DNA of 64,000 nt from NCBI GenBank assembly GCA_965219095.1, contig CBDCMT010000001.1:1632001-1696000 (forward strand), given 5' to 3'. The translations under genes and the position numbers were made by a program. The notes beneath the pieces are model-generated. The model searched no databases, was not told the DNA's origin, and saw only the letters and a list, made by a program, of their open reading frames with translations. Below are positions 1 to 8,767 of the stretch, piece after piece. Numbering within the stretch: the first letter of the stretch is position 1; each line of letters starts with the position of its first letter. The stretch comes from Bdellovibrionales bacterium (GTDB lineage Bacteria; Bdellovibrionota; Bdellovibrionia; Bdellovibrionales; UBA1609).

Positions 1-52
1 GGATTTTTTAGAAAGATAACACAGTAGATCGTCTAGGTTTTACAAGTTTTTG

Positions 53-80
53 TCAATATTTTAACCAACAACTCCGATAA
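53..80 (+). promoter_or_regulatory. Putative sigma28 (FliA) promoter
   Basis: TCAA-N16-TCCGATAA upstream of the TPR gene; consensus is TAAA-N15-GCCGATAA. Confidence 0.4.
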
Positions 81-124
81 AGGGCTAAGCAAAACTGAAT
101 GATGATCATATTAAGACAGAAAGG

Positions 125-1906
125 TTGTTTAAAATGAAGAAACCAGTCCTTTATATTGTATCTATCTTTTTTATTTCTTGTAGCCATACTTCTAAAACAA
201 AACTAAGCCTTAAAAAACAACCCAACCTTATTTATAAAAAAGGGGCGGTTGAAAAAGACTTTCATTTTCTTTTAGGAAACATGCATAGTTATAAAAACGA
301 AAACTATAAAGCCTCTAAACATTTTCAAAAAGCTTTAAATCATTCTAAATCATCTAAGCTCTCTGAACAAAATGTTATAAAAATAAATTTAGCTAAAGAG
401 CATTTGAACAATAACCTCATAAATAAAGCTCTTCCTCTTTTACAGGAGGTTGTTAAAACTGATCCTAAAAACAAACAAGCTTGGCTTTTACTATCTTTTG
501 TATACTTAGAACTGGAATTTTACAAGGAAAGCTTAGATAGCTATAAAATTCTTTTGAAACAAAACCCCTATGATCAAGAAGTAATCAAGGGCTATATGTT
601 AACTCTTTTGAAAGCAAAGCATTATAAGAAGCTATTCAAAACTCTTTCAAGCTACATAAAAAATCCTAAGTTAAAAAAATATCGCCATGAGTATTATCAT
701 ATAAAAGCTTTGTCTTACCATCAAAGTGATAAAAAAAGGAAGGCTTATCTTATTGAAAAGAATCTTCGATCCGCTGTTCGATTGAAGCCTGATTTTTTAC
801 CCAGTGTAGGAGTTTTAAACAGCCTTTATAACGATAAAAAACAGTTTAAAAAGCAAGAAATGCTTTTAGAAAAATACTTAAAAGCTAAAAAATGGTCTGA
901 CTTACATATAGGTTTAGAACTTTTAGAACTTTATAGGCAAAGGAAAAAAAACCAAAAAGCTCTAAAAGTTCTCTTTCAGTTAAAGAAGGCCTTCCCTGAG
1001 AACAAAGATCTTTTGTTCCATAAGATCATTCTATTAGTCAATATGAATCAAATGAAACAAGCTCTTTTAGAAGTAGAGGAGTTCTCAAAAGCTTACCCAA
1101 AGGACGTTAAAAATCAACAGCTTTTTGTCTTTATTTATTTAAAATTTCATCAACTAGAAAAAGCTATAAAGACTTTATCTCAACTCAACAAAAAGCATAT
1201 AAATTATGAAAATGCCTTATGGATGGTTGTGAATCATTTAGTAGAGAAGAAGAAACAAAAAAAAGCTCTTTTTCTTTTAAAGAGGAACCTAAAACACTTT
1301 AAAACAACCCATTCTTTTCTCCACTATGGAATTTTACTATCACTTGAAAGAGAGTATAAGAAATCCCTCAAAGTGATACAAAAAGGACTTAAAGAATTTC
1401 CTAAGGATGAGGAGCTCTTATTTTATATGGGAAATTTACACAGTCAAAACGGTGAATTTCATCAGATGGTCAAAACAATAGAAAAAGTTTTAGAACTAAA
1501 CCCTAATCACTTTCAAGCTCTTAATTACTTAGCCTACTCCCTGGCAGATAAAAATCTACAGATAGACAGAGCGTTTCAAATGGCTAAAAAGGCTTTGCTT
1601 CTATCTCCTGATAACGGTTACATTTTAGATACAGTAGGCTGGATTTTATATAAAAAAGGCGAGTTTCGAGAAGCAAAATTCTACCTTGAGAAGGCTGTTA
1701 AAAAAGAGCCTAAAGAAGCTCTTATTTTAGAGCATTTAGGGGACGTTTATGTTCAGCTAAATTATATTCAAAAAGCCATTGACATTTATAAAAAAGCTCT
1801 TGTATTAGAATCTGATGATGAAAGAAAAGTACTCATTAAAAATAAGCTATCAAGTTCCTTGTCTAAAGCAGAAAGCATCAGAACACCTGCGGGTCAAAGC
1901 CCTTAA
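125..1906 (+). CDS. Tetratricopeptide-repeat lipoprotein
   Basis: Lipobox-like FFISC near the N-terminus; multiple TPRs; C-terminal ALNYLAYSLAD...YILDTVGWILYK...ILEHLGDVY typical of outer-membrane-associated TPR proteins. Confidence 0.85.
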   Translation: MFKMKKPVLYIVSIFFISCSHTSKTKLSLKKQPNLIYKKGAVEKDFHFLLGNMHSYKNENYKASKHFQKALNHSKSSKLSEQNVIKINLAKEHLNNNLINKALPLLQEVVKTDPKNKQAWLLLSFVYLELEFYKESLDSYKILLKQNPYDQEVIKGYMLTLLKAKHYKKLFKTLSSYIKNPKLKKYRHEYYHIKALSYHQSDKKRKAYLIEKNLRSAVRLKPDFLPSVGVLNSLYNDKKQFKKQEMLLEKYLKAKKWSDLHIGLELLELYRQRKKNQKALKVLFQLKKAFPENKDLLFHKIILLVNMNQMKQALLEVEEFSKAYPKDVKNQQLFVFIYLKFHQLEKAIKTLSQLNKKHINYENALWMVVNHLVEKKKQKKALFLLKRNLKHFKTTHSFLHYGILLSLEREYKKSLKVIQKGLKEFPKDEELLFYMGNLHSQNGEFHQMVKTIEKVLELNPNHFQALNYLAYSLADKNLQIDRAFQMAKKALLLSPDNGYILDTVGWILYKKGEFREAKFYLEKAVKKEPKEALILEHLGDVYVQLNYIQKAIDIYKKALVLESDDERKVLIKNKLSSSLSKAESIRTPAGQSP

Positions 1907-2483
1907 AATTTTATCTCTATTTTTTTTCTTTATCTCTTGTGCTCATAGTACTGTTTTAAATATGAAAGATCTTCGTTTTGCAAAGCTGGAAGCCTCTCTT
2001 AACATCCGTTTGTCATCTAAAGAGATGAATTTTTCAAGTTTGATTTATTTAGAGAAAGAAAGGGGAATGAGAATCGATATATTAGGTCCCTTCCATTTGC
2101 TTTTAGTTTCTGTGATTTCTTATAAAAAATCCCTCTCTCTTATCGACTGGAAAGAGAAGAAAGTATATGAAAATAAAAAAGCAAAAGAAAAAATGAAGTC
2201 CTTTCTAGGCCTTTATATACCGCCTTTTTTCATAGAGTCGATCTTATGGCAGAACGTTCAAGCCTTTAAATCATGGAAATGTAAAAAAGAGAAGGAAAAA
2301 CTAAAAAGTTGTAAGAAAAAATCATTAAAGGTTGTTTGGAAATTTCAATCTTCAACTTTAAAGGGGGTTTCCATACAATCTCTTAAACCCGATGTTAATG
2401 TGGATATTGACATCGAAAAAATCAAGACAAAAGTCTTTAAAAAGGCTTTTCTCAGACCTTCTTATTTTCAAAGTATTTTCTAG
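1815..2483 (+). CDS. LolB-like/DUF4292-like lipoprotein; true start probably downstream of 1815
   Basis: Lipobox FFFISC and MRIDILGPF motif; follows a TPR gene, a common TPR-lolB arrangement. Confidence 0.55.
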   Translation: MMKEKYSLKISYQVPCLKQKASEHLRVKALKILSLFFFFISCAHSTVLNMKDLRFAKLEASLNIRLSSKEMNFSSLIYLEKERGMRIDILGPFHLLLVSVISYKKSLSLIDWKEKKVYENKKAKEKMKSFLGLYIPPFFIESILWQNVQAFKSWKCKKEKEKLKSCKKKSLKVVWKFQSSTLKGVSIQSLKPDVNVDIDIEKIKTKVFKKAFLRPSYFQSIF

Positions 2484-2562
2484 TTTGTATAATAAAAGTA
2501 GTCTTGATTATAGTGATTTAACGAAAATTTTTGAATTATTGAAGGTTGAAGAAGGGATATTT

Positions 2563-4632
2563 ATGGCAATAGAGGATAAATCGAAAAGGCTTTCTCAAAA
2601 GGCTCTCTATTTAGAAGATAGTTACGAAAAACTTCATGTAACGTATTCTTTTCAAGAGTATTTAGATAAGGTAAAAATGCAAGCTCATTTAGCTAGAAAC
2701 TCTTTTCAAAGAATGTATGACATGATCAATCAGTACGGAAAGAAAGCCTATGAAGACGCTAAAAAAGAAGTGATTTCTTATCATTTTTTCCAAGATCCTT
2801 TTAAAAAAGGAAAAGACGCTGTTTTTGGTTTGGATGTTCCTTTAATGAAATTAGTTCACATACTTAAAGCCGCAGCTTTAGGTTATGGACCTGTGAAAAG
2901 AGTGATTTTGCTTCACGGACCTGTGGGAAGTGCGAAGTCAACAATTTGTCGTTTATTAAAGAAAGGTTTAGAGGTTTATTCTAGACAAGAACAGGGAGCT
3001 ATTTACACTTTTGATTGGATCGATGAAAAGGGAGAATTTGAAGATATTTTTGGAAAGGAAGTTCGCTATTTTAAAAATCCTATGAATGAAAATCCGCTTC
3101 TACTACTGCCTCTTGAAAAAAGAGAGGAGTTTTTAAGCTCTATCAAAAATAAAACACAGTGGCCCTTGGAAGTTCAAGGAGAACTTTGTCCTCCAAGCCA
3201 ACATATTTTCAAATCTTTAATGGTTCATTATAAGGGAGAGATTCATAAAGTTTTCGAGCATGTAAAGATGAGACGTTTTCTTCTCTCTGAAAAAGATCGC
3301 ATAGGTATTGGAACATTTCAACCTAAGGATGAAAAAAACCAAGACAGTACAGAACTTACAGGTGATATTAATTTCAGAAAAATTGTTCAGTACGGTTCTG
3401 ATTCTGATCCAAGAGCTTTTAACTTCGATGGTGAATTCAACATTGCCAATCGTGGGATGATTGAGTTTGTAGAGATGTTAAAACTAGATGTGGCCTTTTT
3501 ATATGACCTTCTTACAGCAAGCCAAGAACACATGATTAAGCCTAAAAAATTTGCTCAAACCTACATAGATGAAGTGATTATTGGTCATACTAATGAACCT
3601 GAATATCAGAAATTCATTGATAATGAGTTTATGGAAGCCCTTAGAGATAGAACGGTTAAAGTAGATATCCCTTATATTACAAAACTTGATGATGAAGTTA
3701 AAATTTATGAAAGAGATTTTAGTCAAAAGAAACTTAACCATCATAGTACAACACTCTACTTAGCTCCCCATTGTTTGGAAATGGTAGCTATGTGGTCTGT
3801 TCTAACACGTCTAGAAACTCCTAAGAAGAGTAACCTTGACCTTCTCAAGAAACTAAAACTCTATAATGGTGAACTTTTAAATCAGTTCACTCCCGATAAC
3901 GTAAAAGAACTAAGAAAGAGTGCTGAAAAAGAAGGTTTACATGGGATCTCTCCGCGCTACATTCAAGATAAAATTTCAAAGACTCTTGTCTTGTCTCAAG
4001 AATTGGGACACCAATGCATCACACCACCTATGCTGTTAAAAGAATTAGAGAGTGGTTTAAGGCATCACTCTTTAATTTCTAGTGAAGAGGTTAAGGATGA
4101 ATACATTAAACTTATCAAACAAGTAGAAAAAGAGTATAATTCCATTATTGAAAGAGAAGTGAGAGAATCATTTTGTTTTGATGATCATGCAGTTGATCAT
4201 CTCTTTCAAAGATATAAAGAAGAAGTTTTACAGTATTGTACTGGCAAAAGTTGTGATGAGAAGTTTATGCGTTCTATTGAAAATAAAATAGATATTAATG
4301 AGGTTCAAAAAAACGATTTTAGACAAGAAGTATCTAATTACGTAAAAAGCAATGAGGAAGAGGGGAATGGAAAGGGTCCTTTTAAAATAGATGGAAAGTT
4401 AAGGGAAGCTCTTGAGGCTAAGGACTATGAAGATAAAAAGGAAAGACTCAAGCAATATCTCTTAAAATCTGACCCTCAAGATTTTGAGTTAAAAGAGAAG
4501 GTAGAGTTAGCTAAAAAAAAATTAATTAAAGAATTTCATTATGATGAGATTTCAGCACCCTTAATTTTAGAACGTGTTTCCAACATTATATCCAAACAAC
4601 AATACAATCGTTCTAACAACATTTCATCGTGA
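2563..4632 (+). CDS. prkA: PrkA/YeaG family AAA+ serine protein kinase
   Basis: Walker A GPVGSAKS; DPRAFNFDGEFNIANRGMIEFVEMLKLD; GISPRY. Start placed at ATG 2563 behind a GAAGGGA RBS rather than the ORF-track start 2392. Confidence 0.92.
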   Translation: MAIEDKSKRLSQKALYLEDSYEKLHVTYSFQEYLDKVKMQAHLARNSFQRMYDMINQYGKKAYEDAKKEVISYHFFQDPFKKGKDAVFGLDVPLMKLVHILKAAALGYGPVKRVILLHGPVGSAKSTICRLLKKGLEVYSRQEQGAIYTFDWIDEKGEFEDIFGKEVRYFKNPMNENPLLLLPLEKREEFLSSIKNKTQWPLEVQGELCPPSQHIFKSLMVHYKGEIHKVFEHVKMRRFLLSEKDRIGIGTFQPKDEKNQDSTELTGDINFRKIVQYGSDSDPRAFNFDGEFNIANRGMIEFVEMLKLDVAFLYDLLTASQEHMIKPKKFAQTYIDEVIIGHTNEPEYQKFIDNEFMEALRDRTVKVDIPYITKLDDEVKIYERDFSQKKLNHHSTTLYLAPHCLEMVAMWSVLTRLETPKKSNLDLLKKLKLYNGELLNQFTPDNVKELRKSAEKEGLHGISPRYIQDKISKTLVLSQELGHQCITPPMLLKELESGLRHHSLISSEEVKDEYIKLIKQVEKEYNSIIEREVRESFCFDDHAVDHLFQRYKEEVLQYCTGKSCDEKFMRSIENKIDINEVQKNDFRQEVSNYVKSNEEEGNGKGPFKIDGKLREALEAKDYEDKKERLKQYLLKSDPQDFELKEKVELAKKKLIKEFHYDEISAPLILERVSNIISKQQYNRSNNISS

Positions 4633-5729
4633 GCCTTTCTCAAAATCATAGGCGCTTTTTAGATATTATAAAAAGGAAAATCAAAACAAATTTTAAAAAA
4701 TACATTTCAAGTGATCAGTTTATTGCTCGTTCCGGTTCAGATTTTGTACGTATTTCTATACCTGCTATCAATATACCTAAGTTAAAGTACGGTTTTAACA
4801 AAAAGAATTCTTTTTCATCCGAAGATGCAGATTCTGAAAAAAACGGCAACCGCTCACAAAAAGCAAAAAACCAAGCTGAAGCAGGCAAAGACCCTGGCAC
4901 TCATATTATGGATGTAGATGTTACATTTGATGATTTAGCTGATATTTTAAAGGAGGAATTGCAGCTTCCTAGAATACAACCTAAGGGGGCTAAACATGTG
5001 AAAACAGATACTCTTAAATACACTACACGAAGTTTGAAAGGAGCTATGAGTTTGAGACATAACAAAGAATCGTACAAACAGGCTCTCAAAAGAAGTCTTT
5101 TATTAAATAATTATGATGAAAAAGACCCTCTTATTGTACCAGAGAAAAGGGATTTACGTTTTAAATCCTACAAAAAACAAAAAAGTCCTAAATCTAATGT
5201 AGCTGTAATTTATATTATGGATGTTTCAGGATCTATGGGAGATGAGCAAAAAGAAATTGTTCGTATTGAGAGCTTTTGGCTCAATACGTGGTTGAAGAAA
5301 AACTATCAAGACATAGAAACACGTTTTATCATTCACGATTCTCAGGCTAAGGAGGTAGATGAAGAGACTTTTTTTAGAACTAGCGAATCAGGGGGGACTT
5401 TGATTAGTTCTTCTTATAAACTCTGCCGTGATATTATAGAGAAAGATTATCCTGTGTCGGATTGGAACGTTTATCCTTTTCATTTTAGCGATGGTGATAA
5501 TTGGAGCGGTGAAGATACAAGATTTTGTTTAAAAGTTTTAAGGGAGTATTTTTTGAAAAGAGTCAATATGTTTGGCTACGGACAGGTTGAGAGCAAATAT
5601 GGAAGTGGTCAATTTGCTAGAGACTTAGAAAAAGAATTTCAAGACGAAGAGAAAATCATTATCAGTAGAATCGAAAACAAAGAAAAAATTGTTGATTCCA
5701 TTAGAGATTTTTTTAAAAAAGGCTACTAG
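4629..5729 (+). CDS. yeaH: YeaH/YhbH (DUF444) vWA-like protein
   Basis: MDVSGSMG, ESGGT and FHFSDGDNW motifs; start overlaps the prkA stop. Confidence 0.9.
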   Translation: MSLSQNHRRFLDIIKRKIKTNFKKYISSDQFIARSGSDFVRISIPAINIPKLKYGFNKKNSFSSEDADSEKNGNRSQKAKNQAEAGKDPGTHIMDVDVTFDDLADILKEELQLPRIQPKGAKHVKTDTLKYTTRSLKGAMSLRHNKESYKQALKRSLLLNNYDEKDPLIVPEKRDLRFKSYKKQKSPKSNVAVIYIMDVSGSMGDEQKEIVRIESFWLNTWLKKNYQDIETRFIIHDSQAKEVDEETFFRTSESGGTLISSSYKLCRDIIEKDYPVSDWNVYPFHFSDGDNWSGEDTRFCLKVLREYFLKRVNMFGYGQVESKYGSGQFARDLEKEFQDEEKIIISRIENKEKIVDSIRDFFKKGY

Positions 5730-5734
5730 AAAAA

Positions 5735-7015
5735 ATGGCAAAATTAACCCCTGAACTAGAAAGTTATCGCAAACGTATAGAAAACCTTGCTAAAGAGTAT
5801 GGACTTTCTTTTTTTGATACGATTTTTGAACTTGTTGATTACGAACAAATGAGAAAACTTGCTTCCTATGAAGGCTTTTACGCTCGCTATCCTCATTGGC
5901 GTTTTGGCATGAACTATCATAGGTTTTTAAAAAGTGATGAGTATGGACTTTCTAAAATCTATGAACTTGTTATTAACCATGACCCCTGCTATGCTTATCT
6001 TTTAGAGAGCAATCAAATTCTTGATCAGAAGCTTGTTATGGCTCATGTTTTTGGACATTCTGACTTCTTTAAAAATAACAAATGGTTTTCTCATACCAAT
6101 AGAAAAATGAGTGAAATTATGAAAGATTATCATGATCGAGTCTGCCGTTTTATTGAGCAACATGGTTATGAAAAAGTAGAAAAAGCTATTGATCACTTTT
6201 TAGTTTTAGAGAATCTCATTGATCGTTACGCTCCTTATAGATTAAAGGATAAACTCTCTGAAAAACCAGAAAGGCCAGAAAAGCCAGAAAAATTAGAAGA
6301 ACCCATAAAGGATATTTTATTATTTCTTATACACCATGGAAAACTAAAAGATTGGGAAGTTGATCTTTTGTGTATAGTACGAGATGAAGCTTATTATTTC
6401 GCCCCTCAGTACATGACAAAAGTCATTAACGAAGGCTGGGCTTCTTATTGGCATTCTAAATTTATGACAGAAAAGCTTATCAGCCATAAAGAGATTGTAG
6501 ATTTCGCTGGAAGGCACAGCTCAGCTACAGCTATGCAAGCCCCTCAGTTTAACCCTTATAAAGTAGGTTTAGCATTGTTTCGCTATATAGAAGAAACTTC
6601 AGAAAGTGACAGTCAACCTAAAAAGGGACAGGAAAAGATCTTTGAGATTCGAAAAAACTATAATGATGCTACTTTTATTAACGAATTTTTAACAAAAGAA
6701 TTTTGTCAGAAGTTTCACATTCCTTTTCCAAAAGATCCAAGAATAGATCCAGAACTTTCTTTCAGAAGATGGAAAGAGCAAATTTTAAGTCAATTGTTTA
6801 ACTCAGGCCATCCTTTAGTACAGCTTATTGATTGTGATTACAAGGGGGGAGAACTTTTGATAGAGCATGTTCATGAAGGTTTCGACTTAGAGATTCAATC
6901 CGTAAAAAAATGTCTTGAAAGTTTATTTTTTACGTGGAAAAAACCCATATCGATCAAAACAAAACAAAACAAGGAAGATAAAATTTTGTGTTTTGATGGA
7001 AAAGAGTATAAATGA
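5735..7015 (+). CDS. spoVR: SpoVR/YcgB family protein
   Basis: RYPHWRFG, IYELVIN, AHVFGHSDFFKNN, TKVINEGWASYWH, NPYKVG; canonical third gene of the prkA-yeaH-spoVR cluster. Confidence 0.92.
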   Translation: MAKLTPELESYRKRIENLAKEYGLSFFDTIFELVDYEQMRKLASYEGFYARYPHWRFGMNYHRFLKSDEYGLSKIYELVINHDPCYAYLLESNQILDQKLVMAHVFGHSDFFKNNKWFSHTNRKMSEIMKDYHDRVCRFIEQHGYEKVEKAIDHFLVLENLIDRYAPYRLKDKLSEKPERPEKPEKLEEPIKDILLFLIHHGKLKDWEVDLLCIVRDEAYYFAPQYMTKVINEGWASYWHSKFMTEKLISHKEIVDFAGRHSSATAMQAPQFNPYKVGLALFRYIEETSESDSQPKKGQEKIFEIRKNYNDATFINEFLTKEFCQKFHIPFPKDPRIDPELSFRRWKEQILSQLFNSGHPLVQLIDCDYKGGELLIEHVHEGFDLEIQSVKKCLESLFFTWKKPISIKTKQNKEDKILCFDGKEYK

Positions 7016-7100
7016 GTTCACAAAGTTTTAAAAACAAGGCCAAAGATCAGATTGACGAATTTTTACTTTACCCTTACATTAAAGAAAGAGGAGAGGGATT

Positions 7101-7529
7101 ATGAAAAATGAAGGTGTATTTCAAATTATGAACGAAATTTTAGAACATGAACTATCCGGTGTTGTGCGTTATACTCATTACTCTTTAATGGTGTTTGGCT
7201 ACAACCGTATTCCTATTGTTTCTTGGCTTCGTTCACAAGCCAACGAATCTTTAACACACGCTCAACAAATAGGAGAACATATTACAACTTTAGGAGGACA
7301 TCCCTCTTTAAAGATCAGTCCTCTTTTGGAAACACATAAGCATAGTATAGAAGATATTTTAAAGGAAAGTTTAGAGCATGAGCAAAAACAACTTGCTTTG
7401 TACTATCAACTTCTTAAAATGACAGGGAATCGAATCACTTGGTTAGAAGATTACACAAGAAATTTAATCCTTGAAGAAGAAACGCATATTTCAGAAGTAG
7501 AAAAAATGCTCAAAAAACCTGGTTCATAG
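7101..7529 (+). CDS. Bacterioferritin-like (ferritin-fold) protein
   Basis: ELSGVVRYTHY, ESLTHA, E..EETH di-iron-type motifs; strong RBS GAGGAG; the heme-ligand Met of canonical Bfr is not evident. Confidence 0.8.
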   Translation: MKNEGVFQIMNEILEHELSGVVRYTHYSLMVFGYNRIPIVSWLRSQANESLTHAQQIGEHITTLGGHPSLKISPLLETHKHSIEDILKESLEHEQKQLALYYQLLKMTGNRITWLEDYTRNLILEEETHISEVEKMLKKPGS

Positions 7530-7730
7530 AACTTGTAATTTGAATTATAATCTCTTGATATTAGAAATAAAACTTCACTGGATTCTTAGCAAGGAAGCTT
7601 TAAATTTGAAAATTTTACAAAAATTTTTAAAATTAAAAAATATAAAGTGGATTTTTTAGGCTTGTTAGCAATGGGCATGATACACTATACTTATGAAATA
7701 TTGTATTAAAATTAAAGTAAGGTTTTTGTT

Positions 7731-8555
7731 ATGAATTATAAATGCAAGTACCGAAAAAATCGTTATTATTTTACGAAATTTAAAACTTTCATTTTATTCC
7801 TCAGCTTCCTAAGCTTTATCTCATGGACAACTCTTTTACAACCATCCATAGCTGTTGCACAAAAATCAGAATTAACTCAAAAACATCATGAGTTAAAGCA
7901 GTTGTTAGAAGATTCAATTAAACAAATGGCACAGAACAACGTATTTCATGGGCCGTATATCCCTAAAGATATCCATGGTTTTTTTATATTTACAATCAGT
8001 CTTTTATCAAATGATTCTGTAATTCAATTCTATATTCATGAATGGAAGAAATGGATTCAAACTCTGATTAGAATAGGAAATTCCAGTGTTCATTCTTATA
8101 TTGTAAAATCTATTTTACAAAAAGAATCTGTAATTCAACAATACCCAGAAAATTGGATGAAGTGGGTTCAAACTCTGATTAGAGGAAGGTATAATGATAG
8201 TTCTAAAGACGATTCTCTATTTATAACTTTTAAAGATTTCAAGGTCCTTATGGATATTGTAAATCTTTTATCAAATGATTTTGTGATTCAAAAATCTGAT
8301 ATGTGGGCTAAGTTAGTTAAAGAGCTGATAAAAAAATCAAAACCTTATATTCTTCTTCAAGAAAATATTATAGATAAGGTTTTATCAAAACAATTGGCTA
8401 TGGCACATCCTCAATGGTTGACGTTTATTAGGATATTGAGAAGGAAAGGAGATAGTGAGATTCTAAGAATGACTAAAGAACTCCTCTTAAAACATAAAGC
8501 TGAGAAAAAAAGCAAATCTGTTTCTGAAAACTTATGTAAAATACTTTTTTCTTGA
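7731..8555 (+). CDS. Hypothetical secreted protein with internal helical repeats
   Basis: Hydrophobic N-terminal segment; about 4 imperfect repeats (LLSNDSVIQ..EWKKWIQTLIR); C-terminal C-x-x-L-F tail. Confidence 0.65.
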   Translation: MNYKCKYRKNRYYFTKFKTFILFLSFLSFISWTTLLQPSIAVAQKSELTQKHHELKQLLEDSIKQMAQNNVFHGPYIPKDIHGFFIFTISLLSNDSVIQFYIHEWKKWIQTLIRIGNSSVHSYIVKSILQKESVIQQYPENWMKWVQTLIRGRYNDSSKDDSLFITFKDFKVLMDIVNLLSNDFVIQKSDMWAKLVKELIKKSKPYILLQENIIDKVLSKQLAMAHPQWLTFIRILRRKGDSEILRMTKELLLKHKAEKKSKSVSENLCKILFS

Positions 8556-8705
8556 GTTAGATTTGTGATCCAATCAAACAGCCTAAAAAGGTAATGACAA
8601 GCTGAGAAAAAATAAATCGTTGATAAAAACCTGTAAAAATTACAATCAAAACCTCTTTAGCTTCAATTTTTTCTCCAAAACTATATAAAAAAATTCATAA
8701 TAAGG

Positions 8706-8742
8706 CTCCTTTTTTTCTTTTTTACAAAAAGAAAAAAAGGAG
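8706..8742. promoter_or_regulatory. Perfect 17-bp inverted repeat (hairpin) upstream of the dioxygenase gene
   Basis: ctcctttttttcttttt / tac / aaaaagaaaaaaaggag; the right arm carries an AGGAGG SD-like sequence. Confidence 0.5.
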
Positions 8743-8767
8743 GTGGATTATTTCGATTCTTTGTAAT

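Noticed and set aside
2392..2562. N-terminal extension of PrkA in the ORF track
   Set aside because: Overlaps the upstream gene; an RBS supports ATG 2563
3499..6196. Short antisense ORFs inside prkA/yeaH/spoVR, and similar ones at 12396, 12406, 17343, 17562, 27910, 28379, 41747, 43506, 44010, 49889, 56188, 56400
   Set aside because: Shadows of well-supported genes, with no RBS or motifs
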